The translations under genes and the position numbers were made by a program. 64,000 nt of DNA from assembly GCA_964482725.1 (NCBI GenBank), contig CAYZYT010000005.1, positions 24,133-88,132 of the forward strand, written 5' to 3'. Under the pieces are notes generated by a model that was given only the letters and a program-made list of their open reading frames with translations, had not been told where the DNA came from and ran no database searches. Numbering within the stretch: the first letter of the stretch is position 1; each line of letters starts with the position of its first letter. Of this stretch, positions 17,925-32,900 are shown piece after piece. The stretch comes from an uncultured bacterium (lineage in GTDB: Bacteria; Omnitrophota; Omnitrophia; Omnitrophales; Aquincolibacteriaceae).

Positions 17925-20900
17925 TTATGCTGCCTGATCGACCGATTGACGAGCCGTATACTCCTCCACAAGTCTTTCTAAATTGAAGACCAGTCCTTTG
18001 GAACTAAATCCGATAAAGGCCGGTATCCCAAACTGCTCCAAATAACCGCGGATCAGCGCCGGCTTCGCAAGAATTTTGTTTTGAGTCTCCTTCTCGAGCG
18101 TCGCGAAACGCAGGATCGCTATTCGAACCGCGGTTAATGCCAACTCCCGCAACCGGGGATCCGCGATCCTGCCGACCTCCGCAAGAATGGAGTAAATACC
18201 GAGATTGTCCATGCCTCGATCCTGGGTCCAGAAAGAAACGACCAGATCGCTACTCGACCGGACCGCACGACTCACCGCATTCTTATTTCGTAACGACATC
18301 ACGGAAGCCACCTTGTCCCAGGCTCGCCCAAAAGGCTTCTCGCCGGGACCACTATAAACCATCAGTCGTGAGGGTTTTAGCATCTTAATCATCTCGAGGA
18401 CCTCCTCAGCGATCCCATCACCAGGACGGTCCATCAAGAGAACGAATGACGGTTCCTTACCGTTCATGACGAGCCCTGCGGCCACAACATCAAGCATAGC
18501 CTGATCTCGTGCGATCTTAGCATTGTTCAGCTGTGATGCATTGTCTGCCAATCTGTCAAAGCTCAAGGATTCTTCGTTGAACACTGCACGGCTCCGGATC
18601 CGCGATGCGAACTCCGTCGTGTCCCCAAATTCCCCAAGGAGTTCTTGAAGCCTCTGATCAAGGGCCGGAGAACGAATATAAGAGACAACCTTTTGAAGAG
18701 TCGTGTATTGATCCAATTCTTTCCCGAATTGAACGATCCTTGTCTCGATCAGTTTCTCCATCTTTGCCTGTTGCGTGACCGCACGCACGCGTAACTCAGC
18801 CCGATATTTTTCCACCGACCCGGCGCTCTGAATTCCATGGGCCACATTTCCGGGATTCACCTCCAATAATCCTCCAAGTTTCACGCGCAACTCAGCCCGC
18901 ACCTTCGCGCTCGCCGGTTCTACAGGACGGCTGTCGCCCACGTATTTGATCGCGGAGGCAATGTCGGTCACGATCAACCGGATCGTTCCGTCCGGATCGA
19001 GCTTGAGCATGACATTCTCGCTACTCTCCAACGTGATCCCGGTAACAGCATATTCCTCCGCATTAATTTTTATCGGGCTTGTCATAATCTCATTTGACTG
19101 CCCCGCAAGCATCGTCTTGATCGAACCCAACACTTTACGATCCGGCGCGGCGATCGCGTTGCAAACCAATCGAAGATCTCCCGCCTGCGGGACTTTATCT
19201 AAATTCCCCGCGACAAGATCTCTCAACCATATCCCATCGATCAAAGGGCTTCTCGATAAACGTTTCCCCTCCATTTCATACACATCGAGGATAGGATTCA
19301 CTTCGATCACAACTTTATGATCCACACCCCCGATCTGAACCGAGCCGATCTCTTTCTGATCGAGCTTCGTTTTGACAGCCGAAGTCACCGCTTGGTAGAA
19401 CTCAAGGAGTTTGAGACTGATATCGCGATAGATCTTGTAGGCGGCATCCTCAACCTGATAAACCTCGCTATCGGCTCCCTGCCCTAAAGAAGGCTTCGTC
19501 CTCACAGTCTCCGCGGAAAGCCTCCGGTTTTCTTGACGCTTTTCAGCCGCCGGGGGCGCTTGTTGTTCCGGAAACGACTGCTTCATTTGATCCACGAATT
19601 GGCGATAGGCCGACATCAGCGGAGCCTCTTGGATCCAATCTCCATTTTCAAGCAACGGGATCAAAGTCTTGTCCAGGATGGCGTGAGTCTTTGCGACTTC
19701 TGAATCAGAAAGGTTATATTTCTTACCCAGTTCACTCCGCAATGTTTTTTCTCTCTCAGGGAATGCTTTCTCGAACGCATGTTGCGCAAAAAAGTACCGC
19801 ATGGCATAACTCGCAGCCCGGATCAGGGTGCTCGGAGCCGAAGTTCCGGGGTCTGCAAGATCTTGGCTATTCTTCAAATAAGCCTCTGCGGAGCGAATTA
19901 AGGGCTGCGGCTGCCCTAGTTGGAATGAAACCACTTCATGATCTTGAAGAGCCCTCACAAGCCTCTCGATCGCCATGAATTCTTTCATCCTCTTCACAAC
20001 CCCTTCATCGGGAACATCCGATTGCTTCACCAACTCAACACGGAGGATATGACTTATCTCATGCTGGAGACGCCACAGGTTGACCGCGTCGCTTTCTTTG
20101 CGCCAATCATCACGCAAAACAATAATAAAACCTTCTGGGTCAAGCGTCACTCCCGGCGTCCAGGCATCCACGCCAGTTGCGACCTCCTCCGGGCGATTTT
20201 TACCGGCAAGGAAACGTTCTAGGGTCAGGTTCACCATCCAGTTGTCCTCCTTAACCCTCAACATTTGAGTCTGATTTCCATCCCGCACAAAATACACCGT
20301 CGTCTGCGGAGGCAGGGCCCGGAGCATTCGCTGGATCTCATCATCCATGAAAAGCTTGTCGATCGCTTGTTTGTCCGGCGCCGATAAAGCGTAAGAGATC
20401 TTGGGCTCCGCCCGCAATTCTGCTCGCGTCGCCCGTTGCGTCTCCAACCTAGCGGCAGACCGCGCCAAGGGCTCGCTCCAGCGGATGCAAATCTCCCGAA
20501 GGAAAATTTCGAACTTTTCGATCTGTTTTTTATCTTGGATCTTAATACTCATGCCCAAGATACCCTTCACCGCTTTTCCCAAATCGAGGTAATGTTGAAG
20601 CCGTTGCCCCCTGACTCCCGGAAGCTCCCCATCTTCACTCAAATGGTCCACAAAGAATTTTAATCGCTCTATCGGATCTTTGATGGAGGCAGGGATAACA
20701 AACCCGCTTACGGATTCTAATCTCGGACCTTTCCCTGTCGTGTAAAGTTTAAGTTCCTCATCCAACTGCAAAAGATTCATCGATTCTAATTTCTTCGCAT
20801 AATCCGGATCCTGACCAATGATTCTTTTGCTTTCAGCCCCGGTCCTGGGATCGACGGCCCAAAGATCCTGAGGAACCGTGCTATCCTTTTGCTGGTTGTG

Positions 20901-23900
20901 GAGCGAAATCATAATCTCATCGAACGTCTGTTTTTTCGAGTTCCTGATCTGTCCATACCTCGCGGCAATACTCCGACCCTCCGAGCGCGCGACACGGGCC
21001 TCCGCCCCTCCCGGAACGGGTTGCCGGTCATAGGCCCAGCCACGAGCCTTGATCCTATCGATGCCGATTCCCTGTTTTCCCCAGCTATCGTGGGCGTACC
21101 CCAAATCCAAAGAAGAGGCTTGATCCTTCACCGCCAGATCGTACGTCCGGAACTCGATCGCTTTCGATTTGGAGCCGTCAAGTTTCACGTAGAGGAAAAC
21201 CGGCATATCGAGGTTCAGCTGATTTCCATGCTCCAGAGCATTTTTAAGCAATTCCTGGACAACATACCGGCCATCCCCGTTTAAGGTAAGCCCGGCATCG
21301 TCAAACTCCTGCCCGATCCGGATGAGAACCGGCAACAGTTCCTTAAATCTCTTATTTTTTCCGGACAAACCCTGGGTCTTAAGCCGAAGAACGCTCCCGG
21401 CGCGAACGGCATCCGCAAAAGCACCGGCAGGGATCAGCGCCGGGTTCGCAAGGTCAAATTCTTGGAAGGCTTTAGACCCCGTTCGCTCCCGGATCGCCGC
21501 CGTCAGGTCGGCGCGGCCTCGAGATACCGTTACATTCATCCGGTTCTCGGAACGGAGCATCATCCGCGCATTTCTGACTTTGGCATCAACACCGGAGTCG
21601 AGCTGCCCCGCCTTACTCTCCGGTGAATCCCAGATCGCCCGGTTCCTCTTGATGAATTTCTTGGCCGAACCCTTGGAGATCAACCCCTCGGACTTAGCCA
21701 AGTTAATCCAGCAATCCTGCAAGTCGCCATAAGCTTTCCAATACGCCTTTTCGGCGGTGTTATAGGCAGCCACGCTCTCCGCCGGCAATTTCGCTCCGGA
21801 GAGCGACTGGGCGATCACTTCTTCGGCCTGGAGCACAAGTACGCTTTTCTTCGCCTCAAGTTCTTCGCTCTTGGCCTGTTCCCCCCGGAAACCCTCGATC
21901 ATTATCCGTTCCAGGCTACGTTGATTCTTGTCCTTCAGGCCGGAACGCTCTTCTTCCAGGATCATACTCCGGAGCTTTGGCCCTATCTCATTCACAAAGA
22001 CAGAATAATTCTCCTTCAAATCGTTCAATAACGGCGCCAGAACATAATCCAGTTGCAATTCGAGCACGAAAGCAGCCATTTTCGATTGACTGACCGTCTT
22101 TCCATCCTGAATGTCACGCGCAACCTCATCCTGGATCATCGGGATCTGCAATTCGCTCGATTGATAGGCTTTCGATGCATTGGCAAGAAGTGAGTCATAG
22201 ATCGCGTGAGAGGCCCCGCGTAAGTGAGCTATAAATGCGTCCGGGGCTTGCGCCCGAATTTGAGCGAGCAGGTCCGCAAACGGGAGTTCCCTTTCCCACA
22301 TGTTCGCACCCCTCACCCGAAGCCACGATGTCAGTTGGTCATACCACTCCGTGCGAAGCCCCGCGCCGGATTCCTGAACACCCTGAAGAACATAGCCCGG
22401 ATTTCCGCGCCACGGAATGTCTCCCAAAGATTGACGGTCCTTCCAAACCTCGAACGGGACCCTCTCAAACCGGAAACTGAAGACCGGATAACGCGCCCGC
22501 ATCGTATCGATCACTTTCAAAATCAGCGGTGTCGTCATCGGATTCTGCCGCATTTCCTCGAACGCCTCAGGGGTCTCATGGTAGTTTTGGTAAGCCTCAT
22601 AGAGCTTCTTGAGATCGGAACGCTGCAGAAGAGCTTCCACTGTCGGGACTTTCGATTCCCCGGCGGTGATTTCATGGGCATTCACATAATCGAGCAGTCC
22701 ATCCGGAGAAAGCACGAATTCCTGGATATAAATAAATTCCGGAAGACTTGCTTTCCCGCGCGCATAGCGCCGGTACGCCTGATCGATATCTTTCAACGGT
22801 GCGAGAGCATTTTTTTCCGAATCATGAAGTACATAGCCAATGTACGTCTGCGAAACCTCGATGATCTGTGTTACTTTATACAGCACTGAGCGCCACATCT
22901 TGGCGGAGACATACGCAGCCGTTCCTCCGACCCCGAGAGCCAGTGTTACCGCAGCGAGCACGCCCAACATGACACCCTTGAGACTCACCTTCCGGATCTC
23001 CGATCGAAGGACTTCGGGTTGGACGGCAGAAACGTCACCTTTAAACTGGAGCAACGGAACAGCTGCCGCGGTTTTAATGGCATCTGCAAATTCTCCGACC
23101 GGTTCATGAGAGAATCCGCCCGTATCATGGACCATCGCAAAGAAGATCCATGGAGCGATCTTCCCGAGGAGCCGGCCCAACCGCCCTTTCTGGATCGCAG
23201 ATACGGTCTCAAGAAGATGGGCTGTTTCATGAGCCAGAAGATTGCTCCGCTTGTTGATATAACCCTTCTCATCGATGCCCGAGTGGCGAAGCTCCTGCAC
23301 AACGTCTTTGTTTAGAATGAAAACATTCCCGATCAGAAGCCCCGCAGCCCCCATCCAGCCCGGCCAGAAAACAACACGTTTGATCCCGAACGGTTTCGCG
23401 AACTGCAACACCTCATCCACCAGCCTCTTTTCATCATCGGTCTTTGGTTTTGTCTGAAGGACCCTCTTAAAAACAAAAATAAGCGGAAGCGCCCACACCC
23501 CAAGCTTCGTCAATCCGATCCAGAATTCACGCTGAAACTCCCCCTGCAAAACGCTTTGAGCCGCTCCGACCGCTACACCGATAGCACTTCCCGATACATT
23601 CCAGAGGATAATGACGAGAACGCCTAAAAGGATACTCACCGCAAGTCCCGCCCACGTAACTGACCGGTTACTACTCAAAATCTCTTGAATGTGGGGCAGA
23701 TTCGAGACTTCCGATACAGACTTCCCGGTCAGTCGTGACTTGATGCGCTCCAAAAAGGTATAAACGCTCGAGCCCAGAAGGGCCGCACGCGACACAGCCC
23801 TCATCTGCCCGGCCAAGCTTTCTTGAGTGTTGGGTTCATTCGGTGACGGAACGCGCAGGAGCGATACAAACTTCACCATGTCTTCTGTACGTTTGACAGA

Positions 23901-26900
23901 ATCGAGATCACTTGTTCCCGCATCACCGGAAAAGAGTTCCAGATCGTTGACGGAGACCCGCCCATAACGACCCCGGTTAATCTGATTCGCCGCATGCACG
24001 ATCGTATAAGCCTTCTGGAAAACAAGAATACCCAAGAACCTCAGCAATGCGGCAACGCGATACTGGAACATCAGATTGCGCATGATCTGCCCATTCCGAT
24101 TGTCCGTCAGCCAATCATGGGGAAATCCGTGAAAAACAAATTGCGGTTCATCCTTTGACGCGGGGATCAAAAGGGTCTTTCGCGCGAGGGCTTTGTAGAA
24201 TTCGATCGCAACATAGCGCTGGATCCACGGCAGATAGATATCTTCACGCTTGAAAGCCCCGCGCCCTTCCACCTGAGGGAGCGGGATCCGAATGACAAGA
24301 TTCAACTGTTTGATCAGATATCGCAAAGATGGCGGGATCAGCGCCACATAGCGACTGCTTTCATCGAGCGAAGCGACGCGAAGACCCGCGTTGTCAACCA
24401 CCTGCCTCACAGTCGCAGGAACACTGAGGATCCCGAACTTGCCTTGCACCCGATCCGACGGCTCCGTGGCATACGGATCGCGCCACTCGGTCTCACTCAG
24501 CGTCTCGCTCGCAAGGGCAAGCGGCGTTCTCGCGGCTTCTCCGTTCCTGAAATAGATCTGAAATTGTTCGTCTACCGCCAGACCCGTAAAAATCAGCCAG
24601 TTCCTCCGGCTAATGCGTTGCGCAAGCTCGGGAATGGTATTGCGAACATTCTTGATACGGCGGGTCATGACCCCGTCTTTTTTCATAACTTCATTCACTG
24701 GCCGCAGATCGGTGATCTTTCGAAACTTCACGAGGCTGATGTCCGTCACTTCACCGGAATCGCTTCGCTCAATTTTGATCTCGAAATAGTAAGCCTTCCC
24801 CCCCCTTCGGGTGAGGATCTCAACACGGTCCGCATCTTGGTAAAGCGGCCCTTTTCCGCCCGAACCATACATCCCCGTGAGAGCCCGGAGCAGGTCATCC
24901 GCTTTCGTCGATTTTTCGATCACAAGCGCCAATGGATCCTCCGCCCCGCCGGAGTCATCCAGTGTCTGTTCGACGAATTCCGATTCGCCGTCTTCGCCTT
25001 TCTGGATGTAGAAATCCACTTCGAGCTCACCCCGGGAAAGCCCCATGGTCTTCATCGCATCCTTGGAATTCTGCGCGATCTCCCGCACCGCAGCCCCGCT
25101 CTCGTGACGATCGACTGCAAGTCGGTTGCTGGTCTCCAGTTTTTCATCCCGCTTGGGAAGTTTCCCGGAGGCGATCACATCTCGCGTTTCTTCCGGAGTT
25201 ATGACCTTCCGGCCCTTTTGTTCACGGACCGCATCGGCCTGCGTGATCTGGGAGATCCCGATCTTTTGGCCTTCCGGAATAAAATCTTCACCCGCAGGAA
25301 CAAAACGCTCCGCAACACGGACCGGATCCAACCGAGCGCTCAGAAACTCCAGATACGACACCGCATCCCCCAGCGCAAATTTCGGATCGTGAGGATTATC
25401 CCAATAAGCCTGAAACTGTTCCTCCGAAAGATCGGCGAGGCTGCTCAGCATTCTTGTCTTATATTGAGGATGAGACTCGAGCCTCGCGAGTTGCTCCATC
25501 AGGATCGTATTTGCTTCACGGCTGCGAGCGCTTAATCGGGAAAGATACGTCACAATTCGCATCGCTTGATCCGGAGCCAAACGCTCCCCTTGCTCCCCTC
25601 CCGAACGGATCAGGGCCTGAAGTTTGGAGAAGTTATTCTGATCCCTCTGCCATTCTTCTTTGACCGACCATCCCATGCCGAGACCATTGAAAAGATCGGG
25701 AGTAACCTCCGGCAATGAAATATCTCGGGAGTCAGACGCAAGCTCAAAAAGACCGCGGAACAGGTTGGCAAGGTAGCTACGCCCCGTCTCATATTTCTGC
25801 ATCGCGATCTGAGCTTCGTCTGAGGCAAGAAACTGCGCCAATCCATTCTTTAGCAGCTCAAGCCTTGCTGCAAAACGAACGAAAGGCATTTCCTCACTCT
25901 CGTAATCCGCAGATTCCCCGGCCCTCGTAACAAGGAATTTTTGACGGACCGCATTCTCTTCCGCTTCATAGATCCCGGTTATGAGGGGCTGCAGCACCGC
26001 CGCGACATCTGCCCGGTATCTTTGCGGGACCGTGTCCCAATACCCCTGAGTCCATGCTTTCCGGAAATCTCCGGACAGTCGATCTCGCAATGCAGGAGCG
26101 CTCTCGCGTCCCTTGATAAATGTTCCCGCCCAGACCTGATCACGTTCGTCTCTGGCAGGTTTTGCCTCCGGAGTCGCCGGCCCAGCCTCCGCAATGAGCT
26201 TTTGAAGATCCGCATAGGACAAAGGTGCCCCGAGAGGGACTTGGCTCTCCGACCCTTTTGGAAATTTAAACAATAACTGTAATCCGTTGTCGGAAAAACC
26301 AACAAACGCACCGTAAATGTCCGTTTGCTTATCCATCAATGTCTGATGAACGGCATAGGAATCTCCCCCCCCTCGTTTTCTGGAGATGATAAAAAAACTG
26401 TGCCCATCGTAGTAGCCCCGAACACCGGATGAATACTCAAAGACCCCCTGTGGCAATGCTTCCAGCCGTCCCATCAACTCCGGAGTCATCAGGGCTTCAC
26501 TCCATTCACGACCCCAAACAAAACCCCCAGGAATCTCGGAAGGCGCCGTCGCGCGAAACTGGGGCCGGCGATTCTCCTCCTTCAAGATCCGGTCTTTTTC
26601 AGAAAGTTCTCTCAGAGCGGGCTGGGCCGCCGCGGCCGCGGCCTCCTTGACCGCGACTTCACCTCCGTGGGCTTCAAAATCCCAGGTTTGATCACTTTTA
26701 GGTGTGATCTTGATCGAGACGCCCCACGCCGGTAAAACTTCGGGAGAGGATTCATATTGAAATCCTTGAAGGTACAGCACGGTGAAGTATTTTCCGTCTG
26801 TGGCGATCTTGTGCATTCCCCCTGCCGCCACCGGCATGCCTTGGCTCAACTGATCTTCTTTGAAACGCGTAAGGGTGAACTCCCCCGCATTTTCCGAAAT

Positions 26901-29900
26901 GCAGAAAACAGCTCCTTTCCATTTAACCAACACGGACCCATCCTTGGAAATCTGACTTTTCAATCCTGTCTCTGAGACGGCCTTCCACTCCGTATCCCCC
27001 TGAACCACACTTTTGAATTTTTCGCTTTCTTTCAAGAGAGCGGCGGCAAGACGAGCTTCCCTTTCCCGGCGAGCAGCAAGCTTTGCTTCACGAGAGGGCA
27101 CCACTTCCTCCTCCGGAAGAGCCGGCACCGAAGAAACCGCCGGCGCAAGATTTTCCTCTACCGCGGCTTCTTTCTTTGCCTCAACGGGTTTCCCCTGAGA
27201 AAAATCCAGAGGGACATAGCGAGTGGCTTGAAAATCCGTATCCGCGAAGATCAAATACCGGCCGTCAAAGTCAATCAACCGCATCCCCTCCGGCACACGA
27301 ATATCAATCTCCCGCACCTCCTGCCCCGTGAGCAAGTAGGCTTTCCCCATATCGGGGACGACGTAGACTTTACCGCCCGCGGATGAAAATTCCTTGAAAT
27401 AGCCCGAACGCGTCTCCACGCTATCTTCGCCCTTGATTTTTATGGCATCCACGGAGGCAAAACTACCATCCGCATCGATATGGAGTTTCTTAGCAGCCCT
27501 ATCAAGGAAAAGCATGCTTGTATGGTGCATGTTGTATCTAAAAATACTGTTGGTCTGCGGATCCAAAACAACTTGGTCGAATTTATTTTCAGCGTTGGGG
27601 ACGTGCACAAGAAAATAGTCGCTTTCGGCAATATATTTGGCTGGAAGCTCGGTGTCCGGAGAAACCCCGAGCTGATCCGCGAGGTTTTTTGACAATTGAA
27701 TTCTCTGCGTTTCAAAGTTCCAGTCGACGTCACCTTCATAATGCGCAAACGCGCCAGCGTGCGATTCGAAAGTACCCCCGACCAGATGATGCTCCTGAGA
27801 CAAGTTTTTAGACACAAGCACTTTATGAAAAGCTCGTCCTTTACCCGCGGCCATATTGAGCACGGTCATCCGGCCGCCTCTGATATCTCGCTGCGCTTCC
27901 TCCGGGCCGACGCGTCTGTAGCTCTCTTCCCTATCGCCTCGGTAAAAAACAGATATCACTTTCCCGTTGGCATCTTTGGCCGCGATCAATGACGTGGGAA
28001 GGTTTTCTTCGACAAGAGGAACATCATGTATCTCGCTATTGTCCGGCATGATGAGGACGCCCCTTCTCGCCTTCGAAGGAATCAACCGGTTGTACCATTT
28101 CGGATTTCTAGGCTTCAAATGGATCACGTTCCCGATTTCTCTTATCTCCACCCCTTCGCCTTCATCGCGCCATAATTCGAGTCTCGTTTCATTTTCCTGC
28201 GTTTCATTTTCCTGCGTTTCTATATTAGTAATGGCAGCACCCACCTTATTCTTCCAACCTGTCTGCGGCACAGCCACCACATAGCGATTGAGGCGAGATT
28301 TAAGAAATCGAAAGGTCACGGGATCACCGCTTTCCCAAACGGTTTTTCCGGTTCGTGAATCGAAAACCTTGTAAATATCACCGGCTTTCCCAGCCCCTTT
28401 GACTTTGTTTGATATAAACCGGTTATCCGGGGAAAACTCGACGTCACCCTCAAAATCTTCAAGGACCGTTTCGGCCTTGATCTGATCCCCTTCCCGCGTC
28501 AGGGCAAAGACCTTGACAAAATAACGGCCAAACACATCCGCCTGAAATGTCATAGCATGAAATTCTTTTCCGTTTACTTTGTCCTTTCTCAAGAATCGGG
28601 AGCCTGTGATTCTCATGCTGGATGAAACTGGCGTACTGAATTTGTTCAAGCCCAGCGTTGAAAAAGGCATCCTCTTCCCAGTACTAAGATCCATGAGCTC
28701 CAAGGGCGCATTGCCGGAGGACAGGGAGATAAATTCCTGCAGAGCGTCCTGCGGTATGACCCCCATCGCGGAAGGTTGGGCTTGGGTTGCCCCAGCCTGA
28801 ACCGGAACACCCTCCGATTTCTTGGCCGGAGCCTGAGAAACAGGCGCGGCAGGTTTCGAGAAGTCTGAAGGCATCGTCACCAGGAACTTCGCCGCTTGAA
28901 CAGAATCAAGAAGTTGCTGTTCGGCCACCGCCATAGGCTCGAGTTGTTCTTTTTGAGAAACGTGTTGGATCTCGAGATGCGGTTTAGGTTTTGTGATCTC
29001 GTAGTCCGTCACAACTTGTTTGGAGGTAAGGATATTGACCGCTTCAAGAAGGCTCGTGAATTCATATTCTTCCTCGGGAGCTCTCCAGCTCATTAAAGCC
29101 AACTCCAAGAGCCGACGGGTCGCAGGCACATCCGGCAAAGCAATCATCTCCTCGGTTTCAAAAAAGGGAAGATCTTCTGCCGCGAGGATCGCTTTCCTCG
29201 TCATCCGGTAGTCGCGGATCGCCTTAAGCGATTCATCCGTGAACGGCACGATCACGAGCGCTTTCCCGCCGAAGCTCAACCGGACCTTCTTGCCGTCCAA
29301 TACGACACGTGAGGGCAACGGCTCGCCTCCGATCTGTTGGAGGCTCACCACACCGCCCCAGTCGAATAGCGCGGGATCCAGATAAAGAACCGGACGCTCA
29401 CGTCCCTCCTTGTCTCGAGGAACCTGCACTTTCGCGAACGCGCGGTCATGCGGCAAGAAGACATATCCTTTCGAAATCAACTCCTCCCGCAGAGCCGACA
29501 TCGCGTTCTTGGCATAAAGGCGAAGGTCATTAACCGTGGTCGCATAGCCGGGGTTCCCCTGCACAAGCGCTTCCAACCCCACAATGATCGTATTCACGTA
29601 CCGGATCTTCTCTTCCGGTGTCAGCGGATGCTTCGGATCCGTGATGGAGCTGATCAGATACTCAATCGCAGATTTAAACTTCGATTTCCCCTGGAGGTTC
29701 GTCGGTAGCCGCGGCTTATCCCAGGAATCAGGAATGGGGACTGAGGTGCTCAGCTCGATCATGACGCCGGTGTCCGCGGTCGCAGTAGGCTCGAGATCCT
29801 CGGGGACCCGGACCGTGGCCACCGCTCTGCCATTTCTGAGAAACGAGATTTCACCCCGAGGGCGCTTTTCGTCTCCCACCAGTTTAATGGGTACGGTTTT

Positions 29901-32900
29901 AGAGCTTTTTTGAGATTGCCTCGGAACAAACATGAACGCTATGTTGCGTCCGTTCATTCCTTCCCCGTTATCCAAAACCGAGATCGAATGACCGTTGGAA
30001 CGGATCAAAACATCTTTGCCCCGCGCCGCTTCGCGGGAATATCCGCTCGGCCCCGCGGGAACGATCTCGCGTTTGCTTTTAAACCCGTTCACTTCATCGG
30101 GTTTGTTATTGCCATACTGGGTCTGGATCGTCATTCCGGGGACATAGCAAAAGACCCGGTGGATCTCGTTCATCAGCTTTGCCTGAGCCTCTTCCGATAT
30201 CTTCTCGCCGGTCGTGACTCGGACGAGCGTCCCCTTTTTGAGATCGACTCCCGTCTCTCGCGTCGCCATATCCGCACGGATCTTCCGGACCTGGATATAA
30301 CTCTGTCCCTTCGTATCTTGCAAAATAGTCAGTTTGTAAACATTTCCACTTTCTTGGGCCGTGTAAACATCCACGCGATCGCGCCCCGTCCCTTTGAGCC
30401 ATGCGAGGATCTGCTTCACCCCTTTGCCGAATTGGCCCAGGCCGGCGCCCAATGCGTCCAGACTGTTAGCCACCGCTTCGATCAGACCCTGGGTCGGAGC
30501 ATTAGGATTTTGACCATCGATCGCTTTATCCTGGAACCGGGGATCCTCGTAGGTTCCGTTCAGGATCGTATCCAGATCGGCTGCCGTTTGCCCCCGATCA
30601 AGGAGCGCCTCAAGGATCCTGTCATAATCTTCTTTATCGCGGTCCTCCGGCTTCTCAGCGCGGCTGGCGGTAATACCAAAGTGAGCCAGGAGATCCTGCT
30701 TTTCGCTTGGCGTGAAATTCTTCTCGGAGAGACGCGTCATCGCTGCAACATAGTGATCCATATCCGGGCCGTTAAATCCTTCCCGGTCGTTGCGATAGTC
30801 CGTGGCCGCTTGCCTTGTCTTCACTTCCTTAGACGCCGGCCGTCCCTTTTCACTTCGAGCAAGAGTCCGATCCGAAACCCAATTCCAAAACTGACCCCAG
30901 TCGGGCATCGTAATGGATCTCACCTCGGCACGAACGAGGGGGGCTTCCCCCAATCCCTGGCCTCGGACATCGGAACGTTGCATCAGCTCCGGAGGATGGA
31001 TCCTATCGCGATTGCGAAGCGCCGATTCGACCGCCTCACGCGGCACCACCGTGCTGTCCAAGGATATCTGTTCACCCGTCGCAACATGCGCACAGACCAG
31101 CTTAACGGCCTTCATAAGATCTTCGACAGCGGACTCGAGGATCGGCCAGGTCACATCCGTAGACGAAGCGTTGCCCTTTGCGATCGCGGAATGAAGTTTT
31201 TCGATCTTGATTTCAAGGTCAGAAAGTTTGCTCTCAAGGAGATACGCGTCGAAAGCCTCTCCGACCGCTTCCTGAACCAACTCGGCCGGAACGCGCCGCG
31301 ACAGGTCCTCCTCATAGCCCTTTTCGTAAGATTTCATTTTGGAAGTTGCAATGATCTGCGTCCCGCCATAGGGCGCGATAAAAAACGGTCCTTTTTTATC
31401 CCCCATGAATGCTTCCAGGAAATTCCACATGGCGACCACATCGGTACGCATGATTTCCAGTTTCTGCAATTCAGTGACTGAATTCTGCTTCGGGGCGGAG
31501 GTTGGGTGCCACCAAGAGGCATCGACCTCACCAAGGAGTGACATCAATCGGGAATTCAACTCGTGTCGCAATCCCCGTGAAACCATGTGCCGGACCTCGT
31601 CAAGCGTGAGCGATCTCCCATTAACTTTACCGTTTACAATCTCCATGTGGGATATCGTCTCATCCGATGTTACCGGGGATATGATCCGGCCCTCAGAACG
31701 GCTTTGAACACCTAAGTCCTTCGCGAGCTTGCCGTGAGCCTCTACCAGAAATTTTTTCGTTAGCATCCATTCTTTAGGCCATGTTTTTGTGGAATCAAAA
31801 CCCGGAAATTTCGCGAACGGAATATGGACATACACCTCCGTCCCCTTATCCAGATACGCGACAAGAAGTCCTTGGGCTCCATTGTTGCGTCTGCCCGTCA
31901 CATAATTCACGACGTTCTCAAAATCGAACACCGCTCCCGCCTTGGTGACCCGGAGCCCTCCCTGGACCGCGGGCACTTGCGACAGGACAACATCGTATGA
32001 ATTCTTGCGCGACGGATCCCCGTTGTTCTGATTAATTTTCCCGTTGATCTCAAAGTTCTTCTTCATAATTGTGTCGTTGCCCATCACCAGCCGCAATTCG
32101 GAGCGAGGGGCAATCCCGGAGCGGGTTTCGGCGCGTCCCTCCGGAATAACTGCGGATGAAACAATCTTGTCACCCCGTTTGAGCGCTGCCTTCAAATACA
32201 AAGGGGTATAGGTTACTTCCGAGAGAACAATTCCTGGATCTTTAACTGTAAAGTCGTTATACGAAGCAGTCTCTGTTCCGAGCATATTTTGAACCGCAAA
32301 ATCCATCGTCGCAGCATCGGCAAAGATCAAATCCCTGCGTCCTGCCGAATCTGGCCGTTTACTGACCCAAGCATTCGGCGCCATCGGTTTTCCATCCTTA
32401 TCGAATGGAGGCTTAAAACCATATTCCGTCACCAGCTTATCAATCACCGCGGGGATCACCATATTCGGATCGGTTCGATTTGCGTTGGGATAGAGCGCGA
32501 AAAATGCATCCAAAAGCTGCCTCATTAACCCGCGAGGCAAAGAGGAATTGATTATGCATCCACGAATCGCCAGATTTCCTTCCGTCGGGATCCCATACAC
32601 CATCAGATCCGGCATCCTGCTTTCGGGCACGCGAACAAGACTCAACCCCTGACTTCCCTTCGGCAAAGTTTTTGAAACATAAAAAGGATGCTTTGTCCCG
32701 TCAGGCAGCCCAAAAACAACCACTTCCAGATTCCCCTCACGGCCGCCTTTAACCGTTCCATAGGGGTTTTTAATATCTAACGCCTCTACCGCAGACGCTG
32801 CTTGTTCCTCAGCTTTCGAACTGGCGCGTTCCTCGGAAACGACGGCCACCGCTGGTTTTTCCATCACCTCAACCGGCACAACTTCCTTCGGTTCCGGCAG